Of a DNA stretch of 45,515 bases, positions 31,057-42,268 are shown one piece after another (within the stretch, counting starts at the first letter, position 1; each line of letters starts with the position of its first letter). Below the pieces are notes generated by a model that saw only the letters and a program-made list of their open reading frames with translations, searched no databases and was not told the DNA's origin. This DNA is from Trichomonas gallinae (Eukaryota), in the NCBI GenBank assembly GCA_008369845.1, contig MRSU01010805.1, forward strand, positions 1-45,515, in the 5' to 3' direction. Made by a program: the position numbers and the translations under genes.

Positions 31057-32922
31057 ATGGATTTACACCGAGTCAACTTTTATAGGATTCCAGATCCAAT
31101 AATAGACTCAAGTCCTCTGCATCCGGACGACTCAGAGCCGATGCTTCTCAACAGTGAAGAGTATAAAATCGAAAATTTGTGCAATCCAAACAATGATATT
31201 TTTCTAAAACTCGAACCGCCAGAGACAAATGAGGAGAGTCAGCTTAATTTGCCGACACTAGCCAAAAAACCAAAGCTTTCGCAGTCGATGCCGACTCTTA
31301 AATTCAAAAAATTACATCTTAAGAAAGATTTGGTCGATTTAAGTGAAAGTATTTTCCCTAATATATGGCCAGAGTGCAAATATGATATCGACATTCATCA
31401 AACGCAGATTGAAATAATTTGCAATATTCCTAGCTTCAAATTCGAAGAATCAATCATCATGACGTCAGTATTAGACCTTATTGATAACATTCCAAAGCAA
31501 GAGGAAGCTATTAAACACGTTTTAGAAAAAGTTTACAACACCCATGATCCGCTTCTTCTCGTTGACTATAGAAACGACTTGATCCAGCTCTATCTTGACT
31601 ATATAGACGACGTAGACATTTCTGATTTGGTTTTTATTCCGTTGGTCAAATTATTACAATTTGTTTCCAGATTCTTTGGCAGTAATTTTTCGACGCGTGA
31701 CGTGTCGTATCTCTGCATGTACGCTTCTGAAAACGTTTTGCCTCAATACAGAGATTTTTTTTACGAATTAAGCGATTGTTTGAATTGCGACTTTATCGAT
31801 GATGGATTGAGGTCGATTCTCATAGAATCCTTCAAAAAATACCACGATAGAAATGTTTTATTTATCAGATGGGCTCTAATGAACATGGACAAATCACAAA
31901 TTTATTCATCAGACGATTTCGAACCAACGTATACACTTAATTTATTGCAGCTTCAGTACGACATGACATCAATAGTAGAAAAAACCATCCCAGACCAACA
32001 GAAAATTTTGAAAAATATTTTCGAAAGCGCAGCAAAAGCCGAAACAGTCCTAAATACAGTAGAAAACCACGAAGTTGTTTCTAGCTGGCAAACATACTTC
32101 CATACTACACATATGCTGTACAAACAATTGTATATTGACTATTCTCCATCGAAAATCTCACAGGCAGGCTCACTGTTTGGCAAATCATTGTCAGCTCTCA
32201 CAAAATTTGGTCCAATATCATGCAAACTTCATCCAGAGTTACCAGATCTTATCGCAAACATTGTTTATAATGTTTCGATCATCGATGAGTATATTGCACA
32301 TAATAGAACTGGCTTCATTCTCCACAAAAACTTGATAACAGCAGTTGCAGAGTCAATAAATAAATTAAATGAATATGAATTAAGTTTACAAGAGCCAGCC
32401 GACTCTGCGATGTGCTCAGTTCTCTTCTGGAACTTAATCAAAGTTCACTCACTCATTACACATCCAAATATAACAGAACAAAACATTCATTCGATCGGAG
32501 CATTCTTTTCTTTGTTCTCACAAGGCGCAACACACTTCATAGCTTCCATCGCTGAAGTCACGGCCTTCCAGTTGAGCAATGTCAACGCTTCCTTGAACAA
32601 CGTGCAACTGGCATTTATTGAAGCGGACAGCTCACTGCACAATTTGGCAAGCGCGTGCATAAGGGCGGAAAGAAGATTTAAGGATACAAGCCAGAAACAG
32701 TTCGCGAGGCGATGGTCGAATTATGTTACAAGTTTATCGGCAAATGTTCGCAATTTATTCGGAGAAACATCGGCTGAAAACTGCATCACGAAACTCCGCG
32801 AGGTTTTTGGAGTCTTAAAGCAGCTGAAGCCCGATGTTTCTTTTCTTGCAATCGAAAACGAGTTTCAAATTGCTCATGCAGCTATCAATGGCTTAAATGC
32901 CGTACTCCACACCGTGCGTTAA
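31057..32922 (+). CDS. hypothetical alpha-helical protein (621 aa)
   Basis: First ATG is at 31057 after an A run, preceded by Inr-like TCAGTTTT. Long ORF with no recognised motif. Confidence 0.75.
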   Translation: MDLHRVNFYRIPDPIIDSSPLHPDDSEPMLLNSEEYKIENLCNPNNDIFLKLEPPETNEESQLNLPTLAKKPKLSQSMPTLKFKKLHLKKDLVDLSESIFPNIWPECKYDIDIHQTQIEIICNIPSFKFEESIIMTSVLDLIDNIPKQEEAIKHVLEKVYNTHDPLLLVDYRNDLIQLYLDYIDDVDISDLVFIPLVKLLQFVSRFFGSNFSTRDVSYLCMYASENVLPQYRDFFYELSDCLNCDFIDDGLRSILIESFKKYHDRNVLFIRWALMNMDKSQIYSSDDFEPTYTLNLLQLQYDMTSIVEKTIPDQQKILKNIFESAAKAETVLNTVENHEVVSSWQTYFHTTHMLYKQLYIDYSPSKISQAGSLFGKSLSALTKFGPISCKLHPELPDLIANIVYNVSIIDEYIAHNRTGFILHKNLITAVAESINKLNEYELSLQEPADSAMCSVLFWNLIKVHSLITHPNITEQNIHSIGAFFSLFSQGATHFIASIAEVTAFQLSNVNASLNNVQLAFIEADSSLHNLASACIRAERRFKDTSQKQFARRWSNYVTSLSANVRNLFGETSAENCITKLREVFGVLKQLKPDVSFLAIENEFQIAHAAINGLNAVLHTVR

Positions 32923-33773
32923 TATTGTTTTGTATTGTAATTAAATAGAGTTTTGTGTTATTTTATAAATTCAAAAATTATTATATTACGGATAGAATTC
33001 ATTTTGATTATAAATTTATGACACATACATGTTTAATAGCATATATTTATAGATATTGGCCTGAGGTAATAATTTCATATTAATTTTTTTTTGGGAAAAT
33101 TTTAGATTGATCATTATATAGACTTAAGGTTGATAAAAAAAAATAGGTATATGAAAATTGTGAGTTTTTGGAATCAGCATTGTCACTTTTGATAATAATT
33201 TTGAAAAAGTGAAAATTGAACCTGTTTTAGTTTGGAAAATCAGAGGAATATCGAATATTATAATGTTTTGGAGGATTTACCATAATTTGTTGGCAATTTT
33301 TAAAATTTTGATTAGATATGATTTTATATATTTTATGTATGCTAAAAAATGAAAAATTTTGGAGAAAAGTCAGCTTTTGAGAATTGAAATGAATATTTAT
33401 TGGAGTTATGTATTTAAGCAAATCTACAAGTGAACAAAAACAGTTTAATTGCTCCTTTTGAAAATCGTCTTGTCACTTTTAAACCAGTTTAAAACCTACA
33501 ACGTACTCTTACAATAAATGTATTAAACAAAATTTTATGCTACATTCAAAAATTTAATAATAATTACAAAAATAATGCACAAATATTGTTTGCAGCACGA
33601 TTCTAGACCTTTTTCAAAAAATTTACATTTACATTATTTCATGATTTTGTTTACAGCATGTCATAGATTAATATTTTGCTATTTTGATTTCTTATGTTTA
33701 CAAAAAGACGTTTTGAGTGATCAGAAAAAATAATATATTTCTGACACATTTTCAAATTATTATATTTTTGAGA

Positions 33774-34100
33774 ATGAGCAATGGTGTGAATGCAGCAGTC
33801 GCAAGCATTCCATCTAATGCTGCAAATGCTCCTAATGGTAGCGCTGAGACTTTGTCTTCTCCACCAACCAATTTCAATTCTGTATTTATCTCGCGAAATC
33901 AGATTCAATTCGCACAGAATAACGCAATATCTAATGGTAGTAACATATATCATATGCAAGAAGTGATTGATACAAGACGCATCCCAGGCTCTATCGATAT
34001 ATTACAACGAGGCAACTTACCATCAATAAAGGTCAAACAACACGAAGTGCAGTATGAATACCATTCAAAAGATGAAATAATTATGAATTTTAATAATTAA
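33774..34100 (+). CDS. small hypothetical protein (108 aa, Asn/Ser/Ala-rich)
   Basis: ATG at 33774. GC content is higher than the flanks and the ORF ends in TAA. Confidence 0.5.
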   Translation: MSNGVNAAVASIPSNAANAPNGSAETLSSPPTNFNSVFISRNQIQFAQNNAISNGSNIYHMQEVIDTRRIPGSIDILQRGNLPSIKVKQHEVQYEYHSKDEIIMNFNN

Positions 34101-34845
34101 TTTTATATCATGTTTTTTAAATCTTTATTTAAATATCATATAATTATATTATGCATGTGTGGTAGTTTATTTATTATATAACGCAGTCTGTTTAGTAAAA
34201 TATAATTTTTTTTGTCGATCAAATATTTTTCCTTTTTTTTGTTTCTCATCATATTCACAAGCGATACAGCCTGAAAATATGATATACAAAGTGCTCACTG
34301 TATGAAACACGTTTGACAACATCAAATTTTTCAAAAAACTGTTGAGTCATTTAGATTACTATATATTTTAGTGGAGAAATTTGTGTCTTTGAGATAAATA
34401 AAAGATATTTGCGTCAATATGATTTCTGTCACATGTGGAAAATTTGCTATGCGCGTGATACAACTTTTATTGGATTTTTGGACTGTATACTTAATAATTC
34501 ATATGTATTATCATTTCGGAAGAGCTTATGTAAGGACTCGTAAATTTTGAAATTCGTGGTCATCTGATTTCCACATTTCTATTGCGGGTTTATATAGATA
34601 TGATTATGGCGAGGCGGAGAATCATAATCTGACTATTTTTTGAAACAAATTTTTAGATGTGTTAACTGTATAACAGGTTTAATCGCATCACACTATTATC
34701 ATTGATGGTTCTCATTTTTCACTAATTTGCAACAAATTCAATTTTTTTAAAATTTGAAAAAATTTATTAGATCAATACAAGCTATTTGAAAATTAGATAT
34801 ATAAGAAAAGAAATATTTATAAATAAAAAATATATAAATAAAAAG

Positions 34846-37800
34846 TTATTTCGCAGGTGCAGTAGCTGGTGCTGGTGCTGGTGTAGCAGCAGATGTTGGA
34901 GCTGGTGTAGCAGCTGGAGCAGCAGCGGCTGGCTGTGGATTTGCAGCAGCTTCTGCGGCGGCCTTCGCCTCGTCTTCCTTCTTCTTCTTTTCGGCGAGTT
35001 CCATCCAGACGGCCAAGTTCGACTTCACAGAGTCCGCGTTGACCTGAAGCTTCGGGAAGATTGTGGCGACGACGTTGTAGAGTGGCAAGCAGACGAAGTT
35101 GTAGAAGCCAATCTGTGACTTCGGCTTGTCTGGGTGCTCTCTGTCGTTGAGTGGTGATGTTAAGCCGATGCCTGTTGCCTTTTCTAAGTCACCCTGCCTG
35201 TAGAACTCGACGTTGAGGATGTCGCACCACTTGTCGGCGATGTCGAACGGCCTGGAGACGTTGGAAATGTCGGCGACCTTCAGTAAAAGACTCATAGCGA
35301 TTCTTCTGTGCTCGTCCTTCTTGAGGTCGAACTCGCCTGCATCGACTAAAGCCTTCGTCGTCTTGATCATTTCGAAGTGCTTTGCCATATCTGTAGCGAG
35401 AATGTTCTGGATCATCATCTGCCAAAGCTGCTTCGTGTCTGCCTCGTTGAGTGCGTAAATCAAGTTCGTCGAGTCGTCGGACATGATGTCGATGGAGACA
35501 GTTAAGTGGTGAGTCTCCATGACAGATGTGTCCTTGAAGAGTAGACCGAGAGGTGTCTGGGCCTTGATGTTGAAGATGTTGTTGAAGCCTTCGTGGCCTG
35601 CATCGTGGCAGACAGCGGAAAGCATAATAGCGAGTCTCTCGAGTGGTGTGAGCATCTCGTCGAAGCCTGATGTTGTCAATTCGTACGCGAGGTACTCTGT
35701 GACGTCGCATGCGTGCATCCAATTGTGGTATGGGACGTCGTTGTATGTTGAGCGGATCTTGTAGATGAATCTGAAGAAGAGCTCGTTCGAGATCTTGAAG
35801 TCCCTTAAGAGGTTGAACTTGGAGAACAAATAGAACAGCTCCTTGATGTGGTTGATGCCTCTGAAGTCTGGACTGAAGAAGTTTAATGATGAAGCAACTT
35901 TCTGCTGATCCTCTGTGAGTCTGAGCTTGGCTGGGATTAAGTCCGTCATCGGTCTCTCTGGCTCTGTGATCCACTTACTCATCTCGACGTCAGCGCTGCC
36001 GTTTGTTGCGATGCCCTTCAGCCTGTCGTTCTCGATCGCGACAGATGAAAGAACGGCGAAGTTCTGGACGATTTCGAGGTCCTTGTTGTTGAACAAGTTG
36101 TCGGCTTTGTTGACCATTTCGACGACACCAATCAACTGGCCGCTGCCGCTGAGGACTGGGACGGCAAGCAGTGAGTTTGTCTTGAAGCCTGTGGAGATAT
36201 CGACGGTTCTGTTGAACTCCGGAGAGTGGTAGACATCGTTGTTGATGATGCCCTTCTTTGACTTCGCGCAGTGGGCGACGATGCCGGATGAAAGTGGCAG
36301 GTTCGGTGGAAGGGTGCCGCCGTCCGCGATGTACGAAGTGAGCATCTCTGATGTCTCGTCGAGGAGGAAGAGGGAGCCGCACTCTGCGCGGATCTGCTTC
36401 CTGGCGTTGGAGAGAATGTCCTTGAGGAGGCGCTGGACGTCTTCGCGCTTTGTGATGGAGAACGAGACATCGAGGAGAGAGCGAAGTTGCTCGCCTTTCT
36501 CCTGGGCCTCCTTGTAGAGGAAGACGTTTTCGAGGGAGATACCTGCGAAGACGTTGAAGATCTGGATGACGTCAATGTCCCACTGTGTGAACGGCTTGTT
36601 GTCGTTCTTGTTGATCATCTCAGTGACACCGATGATTTCTGTTCTGTTGTTGTAGATTGGGACGGATAACACTGAGCGTGTTCTGTAGCCTGTTTCTTTG
36701 TCTGTTGTTGGGTCGAAGTATTGATTTTCGTATGCATCTGTGATGTTCATGATTGCTCTCTCTGCGTATGTGTGTCCGGCAATGCCCTTGTTGATTGGGA
36801 TGGTGATGGCGTTTTCGAGGCCATTCTGGAATGATGTAATAAGCTTGTCTTTGTCGTCGTTGACGATGAACAAAGCGCATCTGTCTGCGTTTGTCAACTG
36901 GCGGCCTTTCTCCATGATTGTGAGCAAGAGCTTGTCCTTATCTCTCTGATTTCCGAGTAGTTCAGCGACTTCGAGCAAAGCACCGAGAGATTCTCTTTCC
37001 ATGTGAACGTGTTGGAACTCATCGTCAGCCATTGAGAATGTGTTAGCATTCTCAAGGCTCAAAACGTAATGAGGAGCTGCTTGCTTTAAGAAATCTTCAT
37101 CTTCAGATGTAAAGATCGAATTCTGCTGTGGTCCACGAAGGATGACACAGTATGCTGTATTTGCTTGGCTTTCCGTGACAGGAACAGCGAGAACTGCCTC
37201 GTTTTGATTTCCATCTGATGTTGGATTGTAAGAAGCGTGGAACTGACACTTCGGACAGTTGACAATCGTCGTCTTGAGTAAGCAGTTGCCCGCAATTCCG
37301 GCCGCGTCTTGGTTAACGAGAATTATATCATCCGAGAAACAAGTCATTTCGCCAGAAGATTTGTCGAGCTTCCATATTTCAGCCGCACGGCATGCGAAGT
37401 AAGAAGAAATCTTGCTTAGAGTCGTGCGAAGGTATTGATCTGTTCTTTGTATTTGCATAACGTCGAGAAGGTGGATGTTGAGGTCTCTCTTTGGCTTGAT
37501 CCATCTTGTGAGGCTCTTAAGCTTCCTGGAAAACCAAACGCAGAAGTTTTCCATGGCTTTTGTAAAAGGCTGGGATCCCACAGGCCTGATCACCAAGCAG
37601 ACGCCCATAATCGAGTTATTGAAGTCTATTATTGGGAATGCAATGACTGGCGCGTTGTTTGGACAGTATTTTCCGTCGATTTGAGGATTGAAAGCAGGAT
37701 GTTCTTGGCCGGCTGCGGCACTTGCCAATTGGCGTGTGCAGAAAGCGTTGCCAACGATACCATCAGTATGCTGGCATGTAGATTTAAGCGTTGGTGAGTA

Positions 37801-38187
37801 CAAAACCTGGAGATTTGGGACCTCTTGCCAAAATATCACAGTTTGAGCATCTAAAGCAGCTCTTATGTATAATTCGATTGTCTGGACGAGTGTATTGACC
37901 TCCAAAGTCTTCAACAACTCATCCATACACATATCCGCATCAAAATCTATATTTTGTGGCAGTGGAGCAAGTGGCTGAGCTTGTCTCGTCTGCCTAGACT
38001 GTGCGTATTCGTGATCATTGTTTGCAGTTACGATTGGGCGAGTAATTGGCACGTTTTGATTATCGAACTGGTGGAATTTCGGCATCACACGGCTTCCGTT
38101 CGCCTTGTGGCTGATGAGATTAGGAAGCTGCGGGCCGCCTTTGATTTGTCCGGCTGAATTTTTGATCCTAAATGAGCCGGTTCTCAT
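34846..38187 (-). CDS. class I 3',5'-cyclic nucleotide phosphodiesterase with tandem GAF domains
   Basis: GAF motifs (ADRCALF...GIAG...DAY...FDPTTDKETGYRTRSVLSVPI...INK) occur twice clearly and twice in degenerate form. Catalytic YHNWMHACDV, HDAGHEGFNN, METHH, ATDMAKH and DISN. Ala/Pro tail. Confidence 0.95.
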   Translation of the reverse strand: MRTGSFRIKNSAGQIKGGPQLPNLISHKANGSRVMPKFHQFDNQNVPITRPIVTANNDHEYAQSRQTRQAQPLAPLPQNIDFDADMCMDELLKTLEVNTLVQTIELYIRAALDAQTVIFWQEVPNLQVLYSPTLKSTCQHTDGIVGNAFCTRQLASAAAGQEHPAFNPQIDGKYCPNNAPVIAFPIIDFNNSIMGVCLVIRPVGSQPFTKAMENFCVWFSRKLKSLTRWIKPKRDLNIHLLDVMQIQRTDQYLRTTLSKISSYFACRAAEIWKLDKSSGEMTCFSDDIILVNQDAAGIAGNCLLKTTIVNCPKCQFHASYNPTSDGNQNEAVLAVPVTESQANTAYCVILRGPQQNSIFTSEDEDFLKQAAPHYVLSLENANTFSMADDEFQHVHMERESLGALLEVAELLGNQRDKDKLLLTIMEKGRQLTNADRCALFIVNDDKDKLITSFQNGLENAITIPINKGIAGHTYAERAIMNITDAYENQYFDPTTDKETGYRTRSVLSVPIYNNRTEIIGVTEMINKNDNKPFTQWDIDVIQIFNVFAGISLENVFLYKEAQEKGEQLRSLLDVSFSITKREDVQRLLKDILSNARKQIRAECGSLFLLDETSEMLTSYIADGGTLPPNLPLSSGIVAHCAKSKKGIINNDVYHSPEFNRTVDISTGFKTNSLLAVPVLSGSGQLIGVVEMVNKADNLFNNKDLEIVQNFAVLSSVAIENDRLKGIATNGSADVEMSKWITEPERPMTDLIPAKLRLTEDQQKVASSLNFFSPDFRGINHIKELFYLFSKFNLLRDFKISNELFFRFIYKIRSTYNDVPYHNWMHACDVTEYLAYELTTSGFDEMLTPLERLAIMLSAVCHDAGHEGFNNIFNIKAQTPLGLLFKDTSVMETHHLTVSIDIMSDDSTNLIYALNEADTKQLWQMMIQNILATDMAKHFEMIKTTKALVDAGEFDLKKDEHRRIAMSLLLKVADISNVSRPFDIADKWCDILNVEFYRQGDLEKATGIGLTSPLNDREHPDKPKSQIGFYNFVCLPLYNVVATIFPKLQVNADSVKSNLAVWMELAEKKKKEDEAKAAAEAAANPQPAAAAPAATPAPTSAATPAPAPATAPAK

Positions 38188-38190
38188 ATT

Positions 38191-38230
38191 AATTTGGCAC
38201 TTTTTTGTTTGTTAAAATTTGGCACTTTTT
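38191..38230 (-). promoter_or_regulatory. 15-bp direct repeat immediately upstream of the PDE start codon
   Basis: AATTTGGCACTTTTT (+ strand) occurs at 38191-38205 and 38216-38230, 3 nt from the ATG at 38187. Confidence 0.5.
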
Positions 38231-39298
38231 GATCTTTTGCGATATGTAGATAATCTTGCAGAAAGCATTTTGGTAGAAAATGTAAACAAAATTTCTGAAG
38301 AAAAATTTGAATGAAAATAAAATCGCCACAAAAGTTCAACACGCGCTTTAAAATAGTTTAGCATTTGAAATATTAAAAAACAATCGGAAAAACGTTATTT
38401 TATCAAATCGATATTTTTGCTTATTATAAATTGTAGAGTAAATATACTCGGAAATTTTGAAAAATTAAAAAGGGGAACTTTTCAAAAATAAGGGGGTTTG
38501 ACTATTACAAAAAAATACGTTATTTTGGTTATTGTGCAGTTTCAAAGTGCTCTCAACATAATGGATCATTTTTGAAAACCAAATTGATTTTTTTTGTGGA
38601 AAAATGCAAAATTTTCGGTCATTTCGGGATATATCGAAGATCGTTATAACATATTTATTTCTAGAGGCGATAAGAAATGTTCTTTGATACAGATCAGCGT
38701 CAGATATTGATAAATTGCTGAAACAATAAAATTTATCCAAAAAAGAGTAACATGAACTATTCATCGAAATTCTTTATAATGAACCTAATTTAATAATAAA
38801 ATGGGTTAGCTTTATTTTATAATTAATTGATTGAACTCATTAGCATATGATATTGGATAATTTGCATTGTATATATATCATATCTAAGTTATAAAAATGC
38901 TATATCTACAAGAGTACACAAAAATCTCAATAATTTTTTCAATCAAATTAATTCTTATCAAATTTAATTAGTTATATTGATTATGGGACATTAGTATTAC
39001 AATATATACATGAAAACAATGCATGTTACACTTTGTTATTTCTCTATAATTTTAGTTATTAGTTCAATATCTTTTAATTAATAAAAAGAATTGAATAATC
39101 TAATCTGGACTAAATAGTTATTCTATATCGAAGTAATATATGCTATTTAAAAATATATAATGCATCAAAAAGGATAATATTATGTTTGAAATTTATAAAT
39201 ATAACATAAAAGGAAAAGTTAACGCGTTGCATGTCTAGGAAACATATGCTGTCGTGGAAAATCCAATATAAACTGGATAAGTTGGCTAAAAAAAATTC

Positions 39299-40393
39299 AT
39301 GGAGAAAGTGATTTGTTCGAAATATAAAATTTTGAAGAAGATTGGGGAGGGAAGTTTTGGCAAAATTTACACAGGAGAGGATATAGAGACACACGAATGC
39401 GTTGCTATTAAAATAGAATCGAAATCGATCCAAAATCCTCAACTAGAAATGGAATCTAAGCTATATGCGTATCTTAGTGGGTGCTGCAACATGCCGAAGA
39501 TTAGATATTACTGTGCTAATCAAACTGAAGGCAACGTTTTGGTGATGGACTTATTAGGAAAGTCTCTAGAAGAATTATTCGTGCAATGTAAGAACAAATT
39601 CACACTCAAAACAGTGCTTATGTTAGTAGATCAGATGATTTCAGCCATAGAATACATTCATAGCAAAAATTTTATTCATCAAGACGTCAAACCAGATAAT
39701 TTCGTCATGGGAACAGAAAAACTGAAGAACCAAGTCTTTATCATAGACTTTGGCCTCGCCAAGCAGTACAGAGACATTAATTCTCACGAACACATTCCAT
39801 ATATCACAGGAAAGAGTCTCACAGGCACCGCGAGATATGCATCAGTCAACCAGCTCAAGGGAAACGAGTCGTCGAGGCGTGACGACATGGAGGCCCTAGG
39901 CTACGTCTGGCTTTACTTCTTGAAAGGAAGTCTGCCCTGGATGGGAATTAAAGCGAAAAACGAGGAAGAGAGATACGAAAAGATCGCAGAAATTAAGGAA
40001 TCACTCAATCTGAACGAAGTTTGCAAAGGTTTGCCGATCGAATTTATGAATTTTCTCAACGAAGTGAGAGCATTGAGATTTGCTGAAACGCCAAACTATG
40101 CGGCTTACAAAGCAATGTTTCGCGATCTATTTATGCGTCTAGGATATGAATTTGATTACAAATATGATTGGCTGACTACGAAAAAGAAGCCCTCGACTCC
40201 ATCTTTGTCCAGTGCTTTCAAATCACCAGATAAACAGGCAATCAAGTCAAGAATGAGCAACGGATCGAAGCCAAACTCTAAATCTCCACTTAAGTCAAGG
40301 ATGAGCACTGGCTCAAAACCATCTTCGAAGACTCCACACAAAGAACTCAACCACAGCACAGGTAAAGAGACTCCACGCAGAACACACAAGTAA
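39299..40393 (+). CDS. casein kinase 1 family protein kinase
   Basis: IGEGSFGKIY, VAIKIE, LVMDLLGKSLEELF, FTLKTVLML, HQDVKPDNF, IDFGLAK, LTGTARYAS, SRRDDMEALGY and LPWMG. Ser/Lys-rich tail. Confidence 0.95.
   Translation: MEKVICSKYKILKKIGEGSFGKIYTGEDIETHECVAIKIESKSIQNPQLEMESKLYAYLSGCCNMPKIRYYCANQTEGNVLVMDLLGKSLEELFVQCKNKFTLKTVLMLVDQMISAIEYIHSKNFIHQDVKPDNFVMGTEKLKNQVFIIDFGLAKQYRDINSHEHIPYITGKSLTGTARYASVNQLKGNESSRRDDMEALGYVWLYFLKGSLPWMGIKAKNEEERYEKIAEIKESLNLNEVCKGLPIEFMNFLNEVRALRFAETPNYAAYKAMFRDLFMRLGYEFDYKYDWLTTKKKPSTPSLSSAFKSPDKQAIKSRMSNGSKPNSKSPLKSRMSTGSKPSSKTPHKELNHSTGKETPRRTHK
40241..40336 (+). repeat. 48-nt tandem duplication in the CK1 tail (IKSRMSNGSKPNSKSP / LKSRMSTGSKPSSKTP)
   Basis: Two diverged 16-codon units start at 40241 and 40289. 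Confidence 0.8.
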
Positions 40394-40656
40394 TATTATT
40401 TTGTTTGTTACTAATAAATTTTGTTTGTATTTGTATTTCATTTAATCGATTTATTTGAAGCTCAAAACTATCATTAGAGGCAATATATTATAGATTCCAT
40501 TAGACTGTGGCTGTGTTTATGTTTGTTAGAATTCAATTTTTCTAAAAAACTAATGGATATTGGCTGCTTGGAAGTAATAAACATGATCAATGTAATTACA
40601 TATACACAAATATATTTATCAAACATTCAAACAAAAAAAGTTATAAAAATACAAGA

Positions 40657-41346
40657 TTAAACAACACGGACATATGATTTTTCGCGCGAAAACCTATGCA
40701 TTGGGTCCTTAAAAAGACGAATACTGCGATCATCGACATCATCACACATGAAATTTTTGGTGAATCTTGGATTTGTTCCCTTAAAGACCTGCTCGAAGCC
40801 ATAGCTTTCAAGTGGACCCATTTTGTCGAACAAATTTGTCTGTTCACTCTTGTTTCCGATGAAGTGAGAAAATATTTTCTCATTGACCTTAAAGTGTTCT
40901 GAGTCAACCCATGTCACTCCAACATGCTTGGAGGCCCCATGTGAGCTTTTCGTGATGCAAAGAGCATTATATAGCTTGATATCGAACTGTCTTGATGTTC
41001 CATTCCTCTTTGAAAAATAAGAATCCTGGATCTGCTCTAGCGATAAGGTGCTCGGTGTCCATTCGGACTTGGGGATGAGACCGATATTATGCGGCTCAAT
41101 AAAAATCTCGCTTGCTGATTTATTATCATCAGCGAGATCCAGGGTTCCATTCTGATCATTGTCTTGATATGTTGAGAAAAGTGTATTGTTCATTACAGTT
41201 GCATAAGGAATTTCTTCACCATCTGATGAATCGGAAAGATTTGTTCTAGGGACTAAAAGAGCCTGTCTTAGGATTGCTGCTTTGCTACGGGGGATGGGGT
41301 ATGAATCAGTAAGCTTCATAAAGCGTTTCGTTGAGTCATTATTCAT
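40657..41346 (-). CDS. initiator-binding-domain (IBD, IBP39-like) family protein
   Basis: HNIGLIP...YFSKRN...RQFDIKLYNAL.IT...VGVTWV..EHFKVNEKIF...LF...G.LESYGF resembles the trichomonad-specific winged-helix IBD family. Assigned by recall of the family pattern. Confidence 0.72.
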   Translation of the reverse strand: MNNDSTKRFMKLTDSYPIPRSKAAILRQALLVPRTNLSDSSDGEEIPYATVMNNTLFSTYQDNDQNGTLDLADDNKSASEIFIEPHNIGLIPKSEWTPSTLSLEQIQDSYFSKRNGTSRQFDIKLYNALCITKSSHGASKHVGVTWVDSEHFKVNEKIFSHFIGNKSEQTNLFDKMGPLESYGFEQVFKGTNPRFTKNFMCDDVDDRSIRLFKDPMHRFSREKSYVRVV

Positions 41347-42268
41347 TTCTTTTTTACTTTGTTTTATATCAAGAAATTTTTCTTTGGAGGCGTTTTACGT
41401 AGGCGATCAAAATCATTGTAATATTAATAAAGACGAGAAATATGGCATATTAAGTTTTTTTTGGGAAAATTTAGATTTTTCAATTTTTGAGAAGTGGATT
41501 CAAAGTTCTGAATATTCATCGTTACATTATGCCTCTGAAGAATGCAGAGACCAAGATTTTATCAAAAGCTCAACTTGCTAGAATTTTTTCATTTTTGAAT
41601 TTTATTGAAATAATGAAAAGTGATTAAATTCGCTGAAATTTTAAGCAGACCAACATGAATGTCAGTAAACTATATATAAGACAGAAACTGATTTTTTTTG
41701 TCATTTCAAAATTCTTTTTTCAATGTTTGCCTAATTATTTACAATAATCGTCTTCAAAGTTGTTGGTGTTGCGTAATTTGAAATCTATATTAGTTGATTA
41801 TACTGATTATTAAATAAAAATAATTATGGGCAATTTTTAAAAATATTATTATTCATAATGTATTTAACAATATTAGCAGACTTTAATTTTTAAAAGAGTC
41901 AATTTTTTGTTGATAATAAAACTCACAATTTTTTACAACAAAAATGTTTTTAGTTTAAAATATGCTTTATATACTTATTAGATCAATTCATATATTTTAT
42001 CGTTTTTATGAATATCACACGAATTATTCTATATTATATAAGGATCAATTTTTGAAGATTGAATTTTTTTTAAGTGATAATTTATCAATCCTTAAAAATT
42101 TGTATACAAAAATTTATAAAATATGAAATATTTAAATAACATAAGCAGTAGTTGGAACACTAAAAAAAAAGTGAAATACTCTCAATTTTTCTCCGTTGAA
42201 TTGAATATTTCGGGGAATTCTTGCATATTTCGAATAGCCTATTGCTATAGAATATATCTAAAGCAAAA

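Noticed and set aside
35189..36949. Many overlapping alternative-frame and antisense ORFs (up to 261 aa) within the PDE gene, and similar ones in beta-COP and the TKL kinase
   Set aside because: By-products of GC-rich codon bias in real genes, with no independent motifs.
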